64,000 nucleotides of DNA from Candidatus Krumholzibacteriia bacterium (GTDB taxonomy: Bacteria; Krumholzibacteriota; Krumholzibacteriia; JAJRXK01), in assembly GCA_041484665.1 (NCBI GenBank), contig JBGPIA010000001.1, positions 800,001 to 864,000 of the forward strand, written 5' to 3'. Under the pieces are notes generated by a model. It searched no databases, was not told where the DNA came from, and was given only the letters and a program-made list of their open reading frames with translations. The translations under genes were made by a program, and so were the position numbers. Each line of letters starts with the position of its first letter. The stretch's first letter is position 1. Positions 39,697 through 50,272 of the stretch are shown piece by piece.

Positions 39697-42426
39697 ATGC
39701 GGCCCTTTCCGCCCTCCCGCCCACCCACCGGCCGGCCGAGCCGGATGATCGCCCACCGGATCGCGCGCCCGATCGGCCGCCCGACCGCCGCGTTGCGGAT
39801 CGTCACCCTCGCCGCCGTGCTCGCGCTGGGACGCAGCCGCTTGGGGGCGCTGGCCGCCGAGGCCGACCCCAACCGCCTGGGCAATGCCGCGGCGCCGACC
39901 TTCCAGGCCATCCAGCTCGATCTGGACGCCGATAAGACCGACTACACAGGGCGCACACGCATCGAGCTGAAGGTGCTGCAGCCGGCGAGCGCCCTGCGCT
40001 TCCACGCCGAGGGGCTCAAACTGGACAAGGTGACGCTCACCGGTCCGGCGGGGGCGATCCGGACCACCTTCACGGTGGGTGAGAACGCCATTGTGGTGTT
40101 GACGCCGCTCACGCGGTCGATGCTCATGCCGGGCGACTACGTGCTCGCCATCGAGTTCTCCAACGTCTTCGACACGCAGGCCACCAGCCTCTACCGCCTC
40201 AAGGCCGGCGAGCATGCCTACACCTTTACCCAGTTCGAATCCGACGACGCACGCGAGGCCTTCCCGTGCTGGGACGAGCCGGAGTTCAAGATCCCCTTCC
40301 AAATCACGCTCACGGTCCCCAAGGACCATCTGGCCATCAGCAATACGCCGGTGGACAGCGAGACCGTCGCGGGCGACCACAAGACCGTGGTCTTCCAGCG
40401 CACCCGGCCGCTGCCGGCCTATCTGCTGGCGATCGCGACAGGGCCCTTTGACGTGGTGCCGATCCCCGATCTGGGCGTACCCGGCAACGTCATCACCGTG
40501 AAGGGGTCGGGGGGCCTGGCCGCGGAGGCCGTGCGCATGGCGCCGCCTCTGCTGGAGGCCCTGGAGCACTACTTCGACCGGCCCTATCCCTATGAAAAGC
40601 TGGACCTGCTCGCCGTGCCCGAGTTCTGGCCGGGCGCCATGGAGAACGCCGGCGCGATCACGTTCGCCGATCGCATCCTGCTCATCGATCCGCAATCGGC
40701 CACGGTCGCCCAGCGGCGGTCGCTGGCCAGCGTGATGGCCCACGAGATGGCCCACATGTGGTTCGGCGATCTGGTCACGATGAAGTGGTGGGATGACCTG
40801 TGGCTGAACGAGTCCTTCGCCACGTGGATGGGCAACAAGGTCACCGACGCGGTCTTCCCCGAGTACCAGCTGGGCGTTACTAGCGTGCTCGACGTACAGC
40901 GGGCAATGGAGCAGGACGCCAACCTCACCACGCGTGCGATCCATCAGCCGGTCGTGGCGGGGGAGAATCTCGTGCAGGAGGCGGACGGCCTCACCTACGA
41001 AAAGGGTGCGGCGGTGCTCGGCATGTTCGAGACCTGGATGGGCGAGGAACCGTTCCGCAAGGGCGTGCTCGACTACCTCGAGCGCTTCGCGTGGCGCAAC
41101 GCGCAAGCCTGCGACCTGTGGGCAGCCCTCGCGCGCGCCGGCGGCCAGGACGTCGGGGCCGCCATGACCGGCTACCTCGACCAGAAGGGCGTGCCGCTGG
41201 TGTCGGCGCGGCTATTGCCCGACGGCTCCGTGGAGCTGAGCCAGACGCGCGCTCTCCACTACGGCGTGCAGGACGCCGAGTCGGCGGCACGGCTGTGGAC
41301 CATCCCGGTGTTCCTGAGCTGGGGGGACGGCGCGCAGACCCAGACGCAGACCGTGTTGCTCACGCAGCGCTCGCAGGTGGTCGAGCTACCCAAGGGCATC
41401 AAACCGGCCTGGATCCATCCCGATAGCGGCGAGCGTGGCTACTACCGCTGGAGCGTGCCGCCCGACCTGCTCACTGCCATGGCGTCGCGGGCGGCGGCCA
41501 TTCTCTCGCCGCGCGAGCGCGTCGGGCTGACGGGCCACGTGGGCGCGCTGCTGGAAGCGGGCGAGATCCACGCCGATACCTACCTGAGATCGCTCGAGGA
41601 GCTCGCCGACGATCCGCAGCCCGAGGTGGTCGACGCCGTGCTCAGCCATCTCGGCGGAGTGCGCGCGGCGTTCGTCACCGCGGAGCTGGAGAGCGATTTC
41701 GCACGCTACGTGCGCCGTCTGGCAGCGCCGTCGGTGACCCGCTTCGGCCTGGAGGCCAAGGAAGGCGAGCCCGAGACCGTGCCGGTGCTGAGGGCGAAGC
41801 TGCTCATGTGGTTGGGGCGCTGGGGTCACGACGAGGCAGCATTGCAGCGCTCCCGCACGCTGGCCGACAGCTACTTCAAGGACCGCCACTCCGTCGATCC
41901 GTCGCTGGTGGGCACAGCGTTGAGCCTCGCCGCGCTCAACGGGGACTGGAAGCTGTACAACCAATTGAAGACCGGGTTCGAGACCACCGAAATCCCCGCG
42001 GAGCGCGGCCGCTATCTAGCAGCCATGGGCTGCTTCCTCGACGCGCAGTACCTCAAGGCGGCTCTGCGCTACACCGTCACCGGGCCACTCCGCCCGCAGG
42101 AGCTTTTCACCGTCGTGTTCGGCATGGGCACGGTGCAGCTGGATCCGGGGCCCATGCTGTGGGACTGGATGACCGGCAACTACGACGCGATCGCGGCGCG
42201 GATCCCGCCCACGTTCATGGCCTACATGCCCTTCTTCGCCAGCGGCTGCGACCAGAGCCGCCTGGCCGCCGCGCGGGAGTTCTTCGCCGATGAGAAGCAC
42301 AAGGTGGCGGGAACCGACAAGACCCTCGAGCAGGTCGCCGAGTCGGTCACCCATTGCGCGCAACTGCGCGATCGTGAAGGCAAGGCCGTGTCCGCGTATC
42401 TGCGCCAAGCCGTGGGCCTGCGGTGA
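39697..42426 (+). CDS. M1 family aminopeptidase with ERAP1-like C-terminal domain
   Basis: TQFES..AREAFPCWDEP, GAMEN, HEMAH..WLNESFA and YEKG motifs. AAGGAG RBS. Confidence 0.93.
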   Translation: MRPFPPSRPPTGRPSRMIAHRIARPIGRPTAALRIVTLAAVLALGRSRLGALAAEADPNRLGNAAAPTFQAIQLDLDADKTDYTGRTRIELKVLQPASALRFHAEGLKLDKVTLTGPAGAIRTTFTVGENAIVVLTPLTRSMLMPGDYVLAIEFSNVFDTQATSLYRLKAGEHAYTFTQFESDDAREAFPCWDEPEFKIPFQITLTVPKDHLAISNTPVDSETVAGDHKTVVFQRTRPLPAYLLAIATGPFDVVPIPDLGVPGNVITVKGSGGLAAEAVRMAPPLLEALEHYFDRPYPYEKLDLLAVPEFWPGAMENAGAITFADRILLIDPQSATVAQRRSLASVMAHEMAHMWFGDLVTMKWWDDLWLNESFATWMGNKVTDAVFPEYQLGVTSVLDVQRAMEQDANLTTRAIHQPVVAGENLVQEADGLTYEKGAAVLGMFETWMGEEPFRKGVLDYLERFAWRNAQACDLWAALARAGGQDVGAAMTGYLDQKGVPLVSARLLPDGSVELSQTRALHYGVQDAESAARLWTIPVFLSWGDGAQTQTQTVLLTQRSQVVELPKGIKPAWIHPDSGERGYYRWSVPPDLLTAMASRAAAILSPRERVGLTGHVGALLEAGEIHADTYLRSLEELADDPQPEVVDAVLSHLGGVRAAFVTAELESDFARYVRRLAAPSVTRFGLEAKEGEPETVPVLRAKLLMWLGRWGHDEAALQRSRTLADSYFKDRHSVDPSLVGTALSLAALNGDWKLYNQLKTGFETTEIPAERGRYLAAMGCFLDAQYLKAALRYTVTGPLRPQELFTVVFGMGTVQLDPGPMLWDWMTGNYDAIAARIPPTFMAYMPFFASGCDQSRLAAAREFFADEKHKVAGTDKTLEQVAESVTHCAQLRDREGKAVSAYLRQAVGLR

Positions 42427-42941
42427 GACCGCTCGAGGAGTTCGCCGGCCAGGATCTGGAGTGGGTTCAGCCCACGCGTTTGCGGCGCGCTTGGGACCTG
42501 CGCTCTGGCGCCGAGACCGTGGCCATGCTGCGCTGGCAGCAGACGTTCGGCTCGCTCGCGCTGGGCGAGGCGGCCAACGGGCGCTGGTACTTCAAACGGC
42601 ATGGCTTCATCCCACCCAGGATCACCGCGCGTGCGGAACGGTCCGCCCGCGACCCGGTCACGCTGCAGCTGGGCTGGCTGGGCAAGGGTGAGCTCCAGAC
42701 GCCTGACGGCCGCCGGTTTCGTTGGACGCCGATCGGCCTCTTGTACCGCCGGTGGACGATGTCCACCGACGCGGGCAGCGTGGTTCTGCGCTATCACACC
42801 CACATCGAGCTGCTGCGCAAAGGCGCCACGCTGCGGGTGGAGCGGACCAGCGTCTCGATCGCGCACCTGTCACTGCTGGCGATCTTGGGGTGGTACACGA
42901 TCGTACGGCTCACCGACGAGGCCGCCAGCCACGCCGGTTGA
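42423..42941 (+). CDS. Hypothetical protein
   Basis: GTGA overlap with the M1 gene and an aromatic, beta-rich, protein-like composition. Confidence 0.65.
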   Translation: MRPLEEFAGQDLEWVQPTRLRRAWDLRSGAETVAMLRWQQTFGSLALGEAANGRWYFKRHGFIPPRITARAERSARDPVTLQLGWLGKGELQTPDGRRFRWTPIGLLYRRWTMSTDAGSVVLRYHTHIELLRKGATLRVERTSVSIAHLSLLAILGWYTIVRLTDEAASHAG

Positions 42942-43013
42942 GGCGCGCGGTCCGGCCGTGGGCATTGCCGGGGTGGTGCGAGACACGCGCCGCACGCCAC
43001 GCGTAGCGCAGGA

Positions 43014-44549
43014 TCAGCGGAAGAAGATGAACGTGACCGCCACGAACAGCGGGATCAGGATCGCCCCCGACCACTTGACGTAGCCCAAGAACGAGGGCAT
43101 CCGCACGCCGTTCTCCTCGGCAATGGCTTTGACCATGAAGTTGGGGCCGTTGCCGATGTAAGTATTGGCCCCCATGAACACGGAACCGCACGAGACGGCC
43201 GTGAGCAGCGCCACCGCCTCCGGCCCGTGGGCCAGGAACTGGGCGAGATAGCGGCTGCCCTCTGCGCCCACCCCCAGTGTGCCGCACGCGGCAGCCGCGA
43301 ACGTCAGGTAGGTGGGAGCGTTGTCCAGGAAGCTCGACAGCCCCCCCGACGCCCAGAAGAACTGCCACGGGTGCGCGAGCCCGAGCGCAGGACCCGCGGC
43401 ATTGAGGATCTGCAGCGGCGCGATCATCGTCAGGAAGATCCCCGCGAACAGCACGGCGACCTCGACGATCGGCCCAAACGTGAAGTTGTGCGCCGCGCGC
43501 GTGGGCTGGCGTGTGGTGACGTAGGCCGCGATCCCCAGCCCCAGCATCAGCCCCTCCTGCAGGCCGAACGGCCAGTGGCCCCCCGCGGCCCCCCACCCAT
43601 TGCCCTTGCCCAGGACCACCAGCACCACGCCCAACAGGAACAGCAGATTGTGCGCGCCCTCGATGCGCAGCGGCTGGTGCTCCATCACCTCGTCCAAGAG
43701 CGACCCGGGCCGCTCCTTCTCGTCCTTGTCGAGCATGAAGTCGTCGAGGAAGTGGAACAGGATCAGCAGCGCGCCGTTGACCAGCAGCCACTCCTTCCAC
43801 AGTCGCAGCGTCCACTGGAACGGCACGCCCTTGAGGAAACCCAGGAACAGCGGCGGGTCACCCAGCGGGGTGAGCAGCCCGCCGCAGTTGGACACGATGA
43901 AGATGAAGAAGATCACCAGGTGGACCTTGCGCAGGCGTTTTGCGTTGGCGCGCAGCAGGGGTCGCACCAGGATCATCGAAGCGCCGGTCGTGCCCACCAC
44001 ACTCGCGAGCACAGCCCCGATGGCGAGCAGGGTGGTGTTGGACAGCGGCGTGCCAGCCAGCGAGCCCCGCACGAGGATCCCGCCGCTGATGGTGAAGAGC
44101 GAGCCCAGCAGCGCGATGAACGACAGATAGTCCAGCACCGCCTCGCTCACCCAATGGCCGGCGTGCTCGCCGTGCGACACCAGCAGGTAGGCCGTCAGCA
44201 GACCGCCCAACCCCAGACTCACCAGCGCCCGGTTGCGGTTGTGGTGCCACCAGCGGGGAGCCGTCAGGGGCAGGACCGCGATCGAAAGCAGCAGCAAGAC
44301 GAAAGGGAGGACGGTCCACAGCGGCAGGTGTGGCGCGCCCGCCCCGGCCGCCGCCGGCGCAGCGCCTCCTGGATCACCGGAGACCGCTGCAGCCGGCGCA
44401 CGCGAGAGGGCGAGCGCGGCCGCGCTCGCCAGGGCGGTCGTGGCGACGATGACGGTCGCGACAACGATGGCGATCCTGGCAACGTTCGCGATCGTGGCGA
44501 CGGCTGCGGTCCGAGCGAGGCTGGGGGCGGCCGCCGGGCGGAGGTTCAT
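43014..44549 (-). CDS. Putative sodium:proton antiporter (Na_H_antiport_2-like)
   Basis: Motifs GTTGASM, SNCGGLLTPLGDPPLFLGFLKGV, SSFLDNAPTY and GANTYIGNGPNFMVK. Start uncertain. Confidence 0.88.
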   Translation of the reverse strand: MNLRPAAAPSLARTAAVATIANVARIAIVVATVIVATTALASAAALALSRAPAAAVSGDPGGAAPAAAGAGAPHLPLWTVLPFVLLLLSIAVLPLTAPRWWHHNRNRALVSLGLGGLLTAYLLVSHGEHAGHWVSEAVLDYLSFIALLGSLFTISGGILVRGSLAGTPLSNTTLLAIGAVLASVVGTTGASMILVRPLLRANAKRLRKVHLVIFFIFIVSNCGGLLTPLGDPPLFLGFLKGVPFQWTLRLWKEWLLVNGALLILFHFLDDFMLDKDEKERPGSLLDEVMEHQPLRIEGAHNLLFLLGVVLVVLGKGNGWGAAGGHWPFGLQEGLMLGLGIAAYVTTRQPTRAAHNFTFGPIVEVAVLFAGIFLTMIAPLQILNAAGPALGLAHPWQFFWASGGLSSFLDNAPTYLTFAAAACGTLGVGAEGSRYLAQFLAHGPEAVALLTAVSCGSVFMGANTYIGNGPNFMVKAIAEENGVRMPSFLGYVKWSGAILIPLFVAVTFIFFR

Positions 44550-44801
44550 GGGTTTCCACGCCGTCTGCTGGGGTCGCGCCCTTGTAACAGATGGCCTCGG
44601 TCGGGGCAATGCCGTCGCCGAGGTGCTGGCGCCAGGCCGGCCAGCGAGGTCGGCTGTGGTTGGGGTCTGCGCTGGGCTATGACCTCGTATCAAACTGTGT
44701 TCCAATCGGTTACAGCCTCGTCCGGGATAAGGCCCCAACCCGCCCGCCGCTCTTGCGGCGCTGGCCCGCCCCCGTCGCGATTGCGGCCGACCTCGGGCCT
44801 C

Positions 44802-44830
44802 TTGCGCAGACTATATCTATATGATATCAT
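44802..44830 (+). promoter_or_regulatory. Sigma70 promoter of the SPFH operon overlapped by the palindrome ATGATATCAT
   Basis: TTGCGC-17 nt-TATCAT with a TGn extension. The palindrome spans 44821-44830 in a locally AT-rich patch. Confidence 0.7.
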
Positions 44831-44854
44831 TTTGCTACCAACCGGAGGTGGTCC

Positions 44855-45736
44855 ATGAACCGCGAGCTGATCCGCGAGAAGAAGCCGAGCGCCGCCCCGG
44901 GCGGCCTGATGTTGGTGGTGCTCTTGGCCGCGCTCATCGGAACGGTCGTCTGGCTCATCCAGTCGGCAAAGACGGGCTCAGGCGAAGGCGTCCTGGTCAG
45001 CCTCGTGCTGCTGGGGATCACCATCGTCGCCCTCCCGGGCCTCACGGTGGTCAACCCGAACCAGGGGCGCGTGCTGGTGCTGTTCGGCACGTACGTCGGC
45101 ACCCTCAAGGAGCAGGGATTCTGGTACGTGAATCCCTTCTGCCAGAAGCGGTCGATCTCCCTGAAGGTGCGGAACTTCGAGAGCTCCAAGCTCAAGGTCA
45201 ACGACCACGACGGCAACCCGATCGAGATCGCCGCGGTGGTGGTCTGGCGGGTCGTGGAGACCGCCGAAGCGATCTTCCAGGTCGACGACTACGAGAATTT
45301 CGTCCACGTGCAGAGCGAGGCGGCGCTGCGCAACCTGGCGACTTCGTATCCCTACGATCAGCACGTTGAGGGTCAGAAGGCCCTGCGCAGTCACACGTCG
45401 GACGTGGCCGAGGACCTCAAGAAGGAGATCCAGGACCGGCTGACGAAGGCTGGTGTGAACGTGATCGAGGCGCGCATCAGCCACCTGGCATATGCGCCCG
45501 AGATCGCCGGTGCGATGCTGCGCCGCCAGCAAGCGAACGCCATCGTGGCAGCGCGCCAGAGGATCGTGGAGGGCGCCGTGGGCATGGTGGAGATGGCCCT
45601 GGAGATGCTCTCGCAGAAGCACGTCGTGCAGCTCGACGAGGAGCGCAAGGCCGCCATGGTCAGCAATCTACTGGTGGTGCTCTGCAGCGATCAGCACACC
45701 CAGCCCGTGGTGAATACGGGGTCCCTCTACACGTGA
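44855..45736 (+). CDS. SPFH/band 7 domain protein
   Basis: Two TM segments, [43 protein letters not shown] and [18 protein letters not shown]. Confidence 0.92.
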   Translation: MNRELIREKKPSAAPGGLMLVVLLAALIGTVVWLIQSAKTGSGEGVLVSLVLLGITIVALPGLTVVNPNQGRVLVLFGTYVGTLKEQGFWYVNPFCQKRSISLKVRNFESSKLKVNDHDGNPIEIAAVVVWRVVETAEAIFQVDDYENFVHVQSEAALRNLATSYPYDQHVEGQKALRSHTSDVAEDLKKEIQDRLTKAGVNVIEARISHLAYAPEIAGAMLRRQQANAIVAARQRIVEGAVGMVEMALEMLSQKHVVQLDEERKAAMVSNLLVVLCSDQHTQPVVNTGSLYT

Positions 45737-45740
45737 GCTT

Positions 45741-45962
45741 GTGATCGTGGCGGACCGGCGCTCCTACCTGCTGCGGATCGATCGCAAAGTGCTCGACGCG
45801 ATGCAGCGCTGGGCGCGGGACGACCTGCGCAGCGTCAATGCGCAGATCGAGTTCGTGCTGCGCCGGGCGCTGCACGGCGAGGGCCGCTTGCCGCAGGAGG
45901 ACCCCACCGCGGGCTCCGCCAAGCCTCCCTTGGACCCCGGGCGGCGCAGGGATCCGCCGTAA
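45741..45962 (+). CDS. Arc-like ribbon-helix-helix DNA-binding protein
   Basis: SYLLRID...DAMQRWARDDLRSVNAQIEFVLRRAL. Lies directly after SPFH. Confidence 0.85.
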   Translation: MIVADRRSYLLRIDRKVLDAMQRWARDDLRSVNAQIEFVLRRALHGEGRLPQEDPTAGSAKPPLDPGRRRDPP

Positions 45963-46477
45963 GGCCGTTCGTGATCTCGGGACCCAAGTGTCCACGCGCG
46001 CTCCCGGTCCCGACCTCTGTCCCCCCGGTGCGCATCCGGCAGGTCCAGTTCGTTCCTCTCTCGGGAGGGCGGGGCTGCGGACAGAAGCGCGCGCCAGTCG
46101 GCCCCTCGCTTGGCGATGGCATGGCAATCGACTAAGCTCCGTCGGCCTGGTCCGCTCCGCGGAGCACCGCGCACCCGTGGGGGCGCAGCGGTGGACCACG
46201 GCCCGCCGCCCGACCCCGTCCATGGACCACGCCCCGCCGGACCCTCCGCAAGCCCCCCCGCCGGCGCGACCGCGACCAGAGTCCTCCACGCTGGGCTCGT
46301 CCCACCTCGCGCTGTACGTAGCGTCGTAAGACCTGCGTCCCGGCGGCCGATCGCCCGCTGCCCGGCCTGATGAAGGGCGTTCGGCGCTCGCTGCAGCGCC
46401 CGGGCCTCCAGCGGCATCTGCTCAAGTAGGAGGCCCCGCACGGGGTGCCTCGCATGGATCGGCCCGGGAGGAATGCC

Positions 46478-46669
46478 ATGTCGCACCGGTACACGACGCC
46501 GCACTTGATCGCCCGCATCTGGCCGGCCCCGCAACCGAGACCGCGGGCGCAGGTCCTGCCGCTCTCGCGCTACAGCCGGCGCCGCGATCCGACGTTCCAG
46601 CACATGGTTGGGTCGTGGGCGTTGGCGGGCGTGCTGACGCTTCTCGCGCTGCTCGCCACGCGGCTTTGA
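46478..46669 (+). CDS. Small hypothetical protein with a C-terminal transmembrane helix
   Basis: GGGAGG RBS, 63 aa, hydrophobic C-terminus WALAGVLTLLALLATRL. Confidence 0.45.
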   Translation: MSHRYTTPHLIARIWPAPQPRPRAQVLPLSRYSRRRDPTFQHMVGSWALAGVLTLLALLATRL

Positions 46670-46735
46670 CCGGTTGGGGTTGACCGGCAAGTCTGGCGAA
46701 CCGCTCTGCCCCACCTCGCGGAGAATCGGATCCTT

Positions 46736-46965
46736 CTACCGGACGAAGCTGATCGGCAGGCTCGCGGCTTCGCCAACCGCCTCGAGGCGGGCTACGTAGC
46801 TGCCGGAGCCGACCGCCTTGCCCCGCAGGCCCGTTCCATCCCACACCACTCGATGGCTGCCGCGCGGCACGTCCTCGTCCTCCTGAGTCCGGACGAGCCT
46901 GCCACCCAATCGGTAGATGCTCAGGCGGACGTGCGCCGCGGCAGGCAGCTGGGCGAGGTATCTTT
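46736..46965 (-). pseudogene. Orphan FlgD-Ig C-terminal domain remnant
   Basis: Hand translation gives QLPAAAHVRLSIYRLGGRLVRTQEDEDVPRGSHRVVWDGTGLRGKAVGSGSYVARLEAVGEAASLPISFVR*. No start codon or passenger domain. Confidence 0.75.
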
Positions 46966-47029
46966 GGCCCTGGGGATGGTGAACACGCCTGGCGCGCCCG
47001 GGGAGTGCGGAGCGCCGGCGCCTTCTGCT

Positions 47030-47083
47030 GCGCGTCCGTCTACGGCTGCGCTTCCGTCTACGGCTGAGCTTCCGTCTTTGGCC
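47030..47083. repeat. Three imperfect 18-bp tandem repeats
   Basis: gcgcgtccgtctacggct / gcgcttccgtctacggct / gagcttccgtctttggcc, next to the ppk1 stop. Confidence 0.7.
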
Positions 47084-47087
47084 GCGC

Positions 47088-49346
47088 CTACGACCGCCGC
47101 GCCCCGGCGCGGCGCGCCAGCAGCCACGCCTGGCTGCTGATGCGGGTTTCGTCGTCGTGCGGCTGGACGCGCTCGTAGACGCCTGTCGGCAGCAGTCGGC
47201 GCGCTTTCACGTTGTCGGCGAGTTGCACCGCCAGCACCTCGTCGCGCAGGTGGCGCACCAGCACGGGGTCCTCCACGGGGAAGAGGACCTCCACGCGGCG
47301 GGTCAGGTTGCGCGGCATGAGGTCGGCGCTGCCCAGGTAGACCGCCTCGCTCCCCCCGTTGCGGAAATAGTAGATGCGGCTGTGCTCCAGGAAGCGCCCC
47401 ACGATGCTGGTGACGCGGATGTTATCGCTCACGCCCTGGATGCCGGGGATCAGGCAGCAAATGCCCCGCACCAGCAGGTCGATCTTCACGCCCGCCTGCG
47501 ACGCGCGGTAGAGCAGCTGGATCATCCGCTTGTCGGCCAGGGAGTTCATCTTGAAGATCAGGTGCCCCTGCTCGCCATGTTCCTGGTGCTCGATCTCACG
47601 CTCGATGAGTTGCTCGAGCCCTTTGCGCAGGTTGATGGGCGCGACTAGCAGCTTGCGGTAGGCCGTCTTGGCGGAGTAACCGGTCAGGTAGTTGAACAGG
47701 TCGGTCGCGTCGGCCCCGATCGCTTCGTCGCAGGTGAAGAAGCCAAGATCCGTATACACCTGCGCCGTGGTGGTGTTGTAGTTGCCCGTGGAGAGGTGGA
47801 CGTAGCGGCGGATGCGGTCCGCCTCGTTGCGCACGACCAGGGCGATCTTGCAGTGGGTCTTCAGCCCCACCAGTCCGTAGATCACGTGCACGCCCTCGCG
47901 CTCCAGCGCGCGTGCCCAGCCGATGTTGCTCTCCTCGTCGAAACGCGCCTTGAGCTCCACCAACACCGCCACCTGCTTGCCGTGCTCGCGCGCCTCCAGC
48001 AGCGCCTCCACCACCGGGGAGTTGCGCCCGACGCGGTACAGGGTCTGCTTGATGGCCAGCACCTGGGGGTCTCGCGCGGCGCGCTCGATGAAGTCGACGA
48101 CCGGCGCGAACGAGTCGAATGGATGGTGCAGCAGGATGTCCTGCTGGCGGATGGTCGCGAAGATGTCCCCTTCGCCGGTCTCGGGCGAGAGCGCTGCCGG
48201 CGTTGCGGGCATGAACGGCGGTTCCTTGAGGTCGCGGCGGTCCACGGCGTGCAACTCCATCAGGCTGCGCAGTCCCAGCGGCGCCGGCAGCGCGTAGACA
48301 TCCTTGGGGTCCATACCGAGGTTTTCCACCAGGATGTCGCGGATCTTCACCGGCATGTCCTCGGTCACGGTCAGCCGCACGACAGAGCGGAATCGCCGCT
48401 CGCGCACCCCTTGCTCGATCGTCTCCAGCAAGTCGTCCGCCTCCAGCTCCTGGATCACGAAGTCCGCGTCGCGGGTCACCTGGAATGGGTACGCCGCCAC
48501 GATCTCCATCCCCGGGAACAGCGCCTGCAGGTTGGCGGCGATCATCTGCTCGAGCCACACAAAGCAGAGCCCCTGCGGCGCACCGTCCAAGGCCCGGGCA
48601 ACCCGCGGGCGGCGGACCGTGACCAGGCGCGGGAATGCCTCGGGCACCTTCAGGCGCGCGAAGCGCTCCTGCCCCTGGGGATCGCGGATCGAGATGGCCA
48701 GGTTCAGGCTCAGGTTGGAGATGTGCGGGAACGGACGTCCCGGATCAAAGGCCAGCGGCGTCAGGACCGGGAAGACAGCCTCGTCGAAGTATTTCTGGAC
48801 GCCGGCGCGCTGCTCGTCGTCGAGCTCGCGGTACTCCAGAAGGTGCACACCGGCGGCGCGGAGCTTGGGCAGCAGATCTTCCTTGAGCGTGATGCGCGCC
48901 TGGCGAGCGAGCCGCTCGGCGGTGCGCCGGACGGCTGCCAGCTGCTCGGCGGGCGTGAGCCCGTCGGGTGGCAGGTCGACGAACCCGGCGCTGATCTGCT
49001 GCCGTAGCCCCGCCACCCGCACCATGAAGAACTCGTCGAGATTGGAGGCAACGATGGCGAGGAACTTCACCCGATCCAACAGTGCATTGCTCTCGTCCTG
49101 GGCCTCCTCCAGCACACGCCACTGGAAGTCCAGGAGTGCCATCTCGCGGTTGAGGAAAAGGCGCGGATCGTCCAGGTCCACGTCCGGCGGCAGCGGGTGT
49201 TGTGCTGCAGGGGGTTGCGGCCCCGTGGTGCGCGCGGCCGGGGGCTGCGTCGGATCGGGCTGCGCAGGCGCGGGCGCAGCGACGGCAGGCTGCGCAGGCG
49301 CGGGCGGTGCCGGCTGGACGGGCTGGGCGGGATCGGAGGGCGACAT
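47088..49346 (-). CDS. ppk1: Polyphosphate kinase 1
   Basis: Motifs FLNRE...F..RVLEEA, SNLDEFFMVRVAGL, HHPFDSF, ELKARFDEESN, LKTHCK, GRFLEHSR and SADLMPRNL. Confidence 0.96.
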   Translation of the reverse strand: MSPSDPAQPVQPAPPAPAQPAVAAPAPAQPDPTQPPAARTTGPQPPAAQHPLPPDVDLDDPRLFLNREMALLDFQWRVLEEAQDESNALLDRVKFLAIVASNLDEFFMVRVAGLRQQISAGFVDLPPDGLTPAEQLAAVRRTAERLARQARITLKEDLLPKLRAAGVHLLEYRELDDEQRAGVQKYFDEAVFPVLTPLAFDPGRPFPHISNLSLNLAISIRDPQGQERFARLKVPEAFPRLVTVRRPRVARALDGAPQGLCFVWLEQMIAANLQALFPGMEIVAAYPFQVTRDADFVIQELEADDLLETIEQGVRERRFRSVVRLTVTEDMPVKIRDILVENLGMDPKDVYALPAPLGLRSLMELHAVDRRDLKEPPFMPATPAALSPETGEGDIFATIRQQDILLHHPFDSFAPVVDFIERAARDPQVLAIKQTLYRVGRNSPVVEALLEAREHGKQVAVLVELKARFDEESNIGWARALEREGVHVIYGLVGLKTHCKIALVVRNEADRIRRYVHLSTGNYNTTTAQVYTDLGFFTCDEAIGADATDLFNYLTGYSAKTAYRKLLVAPINLRKGLEQLIEREIEHQEHGEQGHLIFKMNSLADKRMIQLLYRASQAGVKIDLLVRGICCLIPGIQGVSDNIRVTSIVGRFLEHSRIYYFRNGGSEAVYLGSADLMPRNLTRRVEVLFPVEDPVLVRHLRDEVLAVQLADNVKARRLLPTGVYERVQPHDDETRISSQAWLLARRAGARRS

Positions 49347-49354
49347 GGAGTTTT

Positions 49355-50242
49355 CTACTGTAACTGGTCGGCCTTGTTCCTGGTCTGTTTCGCGTTCTTG
49401 GTCTTGGTCCGGTTGCGGTTCTCGCTCTTGTGCCCGGTCTTGCTCTTGATCTTGCTCCTGCTCTTGTCGCGATCCTGGCCCGAGCGCCCCTTCCCACCAC
49501 CATTCTCGCCGAAGGGCAGGTGCTGGAAGGGATCGTGCTGCAGCTCGCGGCCGAGGCCATCCACGAGCGTGCGCAGGATCTTGACCCGAGCATACCACTT
49601 GGCGTTGGCCTCCACGATCGTCCAGGGAGCGGTCGCGGTGCTGGTCTTCAGGAGCATCTCGTCCACGGCCGCATAGTACGCGTCCCACCTGCCGCGATTG
49701 CGCCAGTCCTCGTCGGTGAGCTTCCAGCTCTTCAGTTTGTCGTCGGACCGCGCCTCGAAGCGGTGCAGCTGCTCCTCCTTGCCGACGTGCAGCCAGAACT
49801 TGAAGAGGATCGTCCCGAACTCGACGAGCTGGCGCTCGAAGTCGTTGATCTCGCGGTAGGCGCGCTTCCAGGCCTCCTCCGTGCAGAAGCCCTCGACGCG
49901 CTCCACCATCACGCGCCCGTACCAGCTGCGGTCGAAGATCGCGATCTGTCCGGCCTCGGGGATCCGCCGCCAGAAGCGCCAAAGATAATGGTGCGTCGCG
50001 TCGTCACCTTTCGGCGCGGCGATGGGATGCACCACGTAGCCGCGCGGATCGAGTTGGCGAGTCACGCGCTTGATGGCGCCCCCCTTGCCCGCCGCGTCCC
50101 AGCCCTCGAACACGATCGCCACCGGGCGCTTGCGTACGAACACCTGGCGCCCCAGCACGTCGAGGGCGGCTTGGTAGCGCACGAGCTCGCGCTCGTACTC
50201 GTCCTTGTTCATCGAGAGCGTCAGCTCGACCTTGTCCAACAT
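49355..50242 (-). CDS. Polyphosphate kinase 2 family protein with a Lys/Arg-rich tail
   Basis: Motifs FEGWDAAGKGG, LDPRGY, FDRSWYGRV.VERVEG and WKLTDEDWRNR. Confidence 0.92.
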   Translation of the reverse strand: MLDKVELTLSMNKDEYERELVRYQAALDVLGRQVFVRKRPVAIVFEGWDAAGKGGAIKRVTRQLDPRGYVVHPIAAPKGDDATHHYLWRFWRRIPEAGQIAIFDRSWYGRVMVERVEGFCTEEAWKRAYREINDFERQLVEFGTILFKFWLHVGKEEQLHRFEARSDDKLKSWKLTDEDWRNRGRWDAYYAAVDEMLLKTSTATAPWTIVEANAKWYARVKILRTLVDGLGRELQHDPFQHLPFGENGGGKGRSGQDRDKSRSKIKSKTGHKSENRNRTKTKNAKQTRNKADQLQ

Positions 50243-50272
50243 GGCGTTACCTTGGGTGCGCGGGGAGCGCTG

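Noticed and set aside
44550..44760. Na+/Li+ riboswitch upstream of the antiporter
   Set aside because: I could not match a known consensus by eye. An Rfam search would be needed.
47030..47083. CRISPR array
   Set aside because: These are contiguous 18-bp tandem units without spacers, and there are no cas genes.
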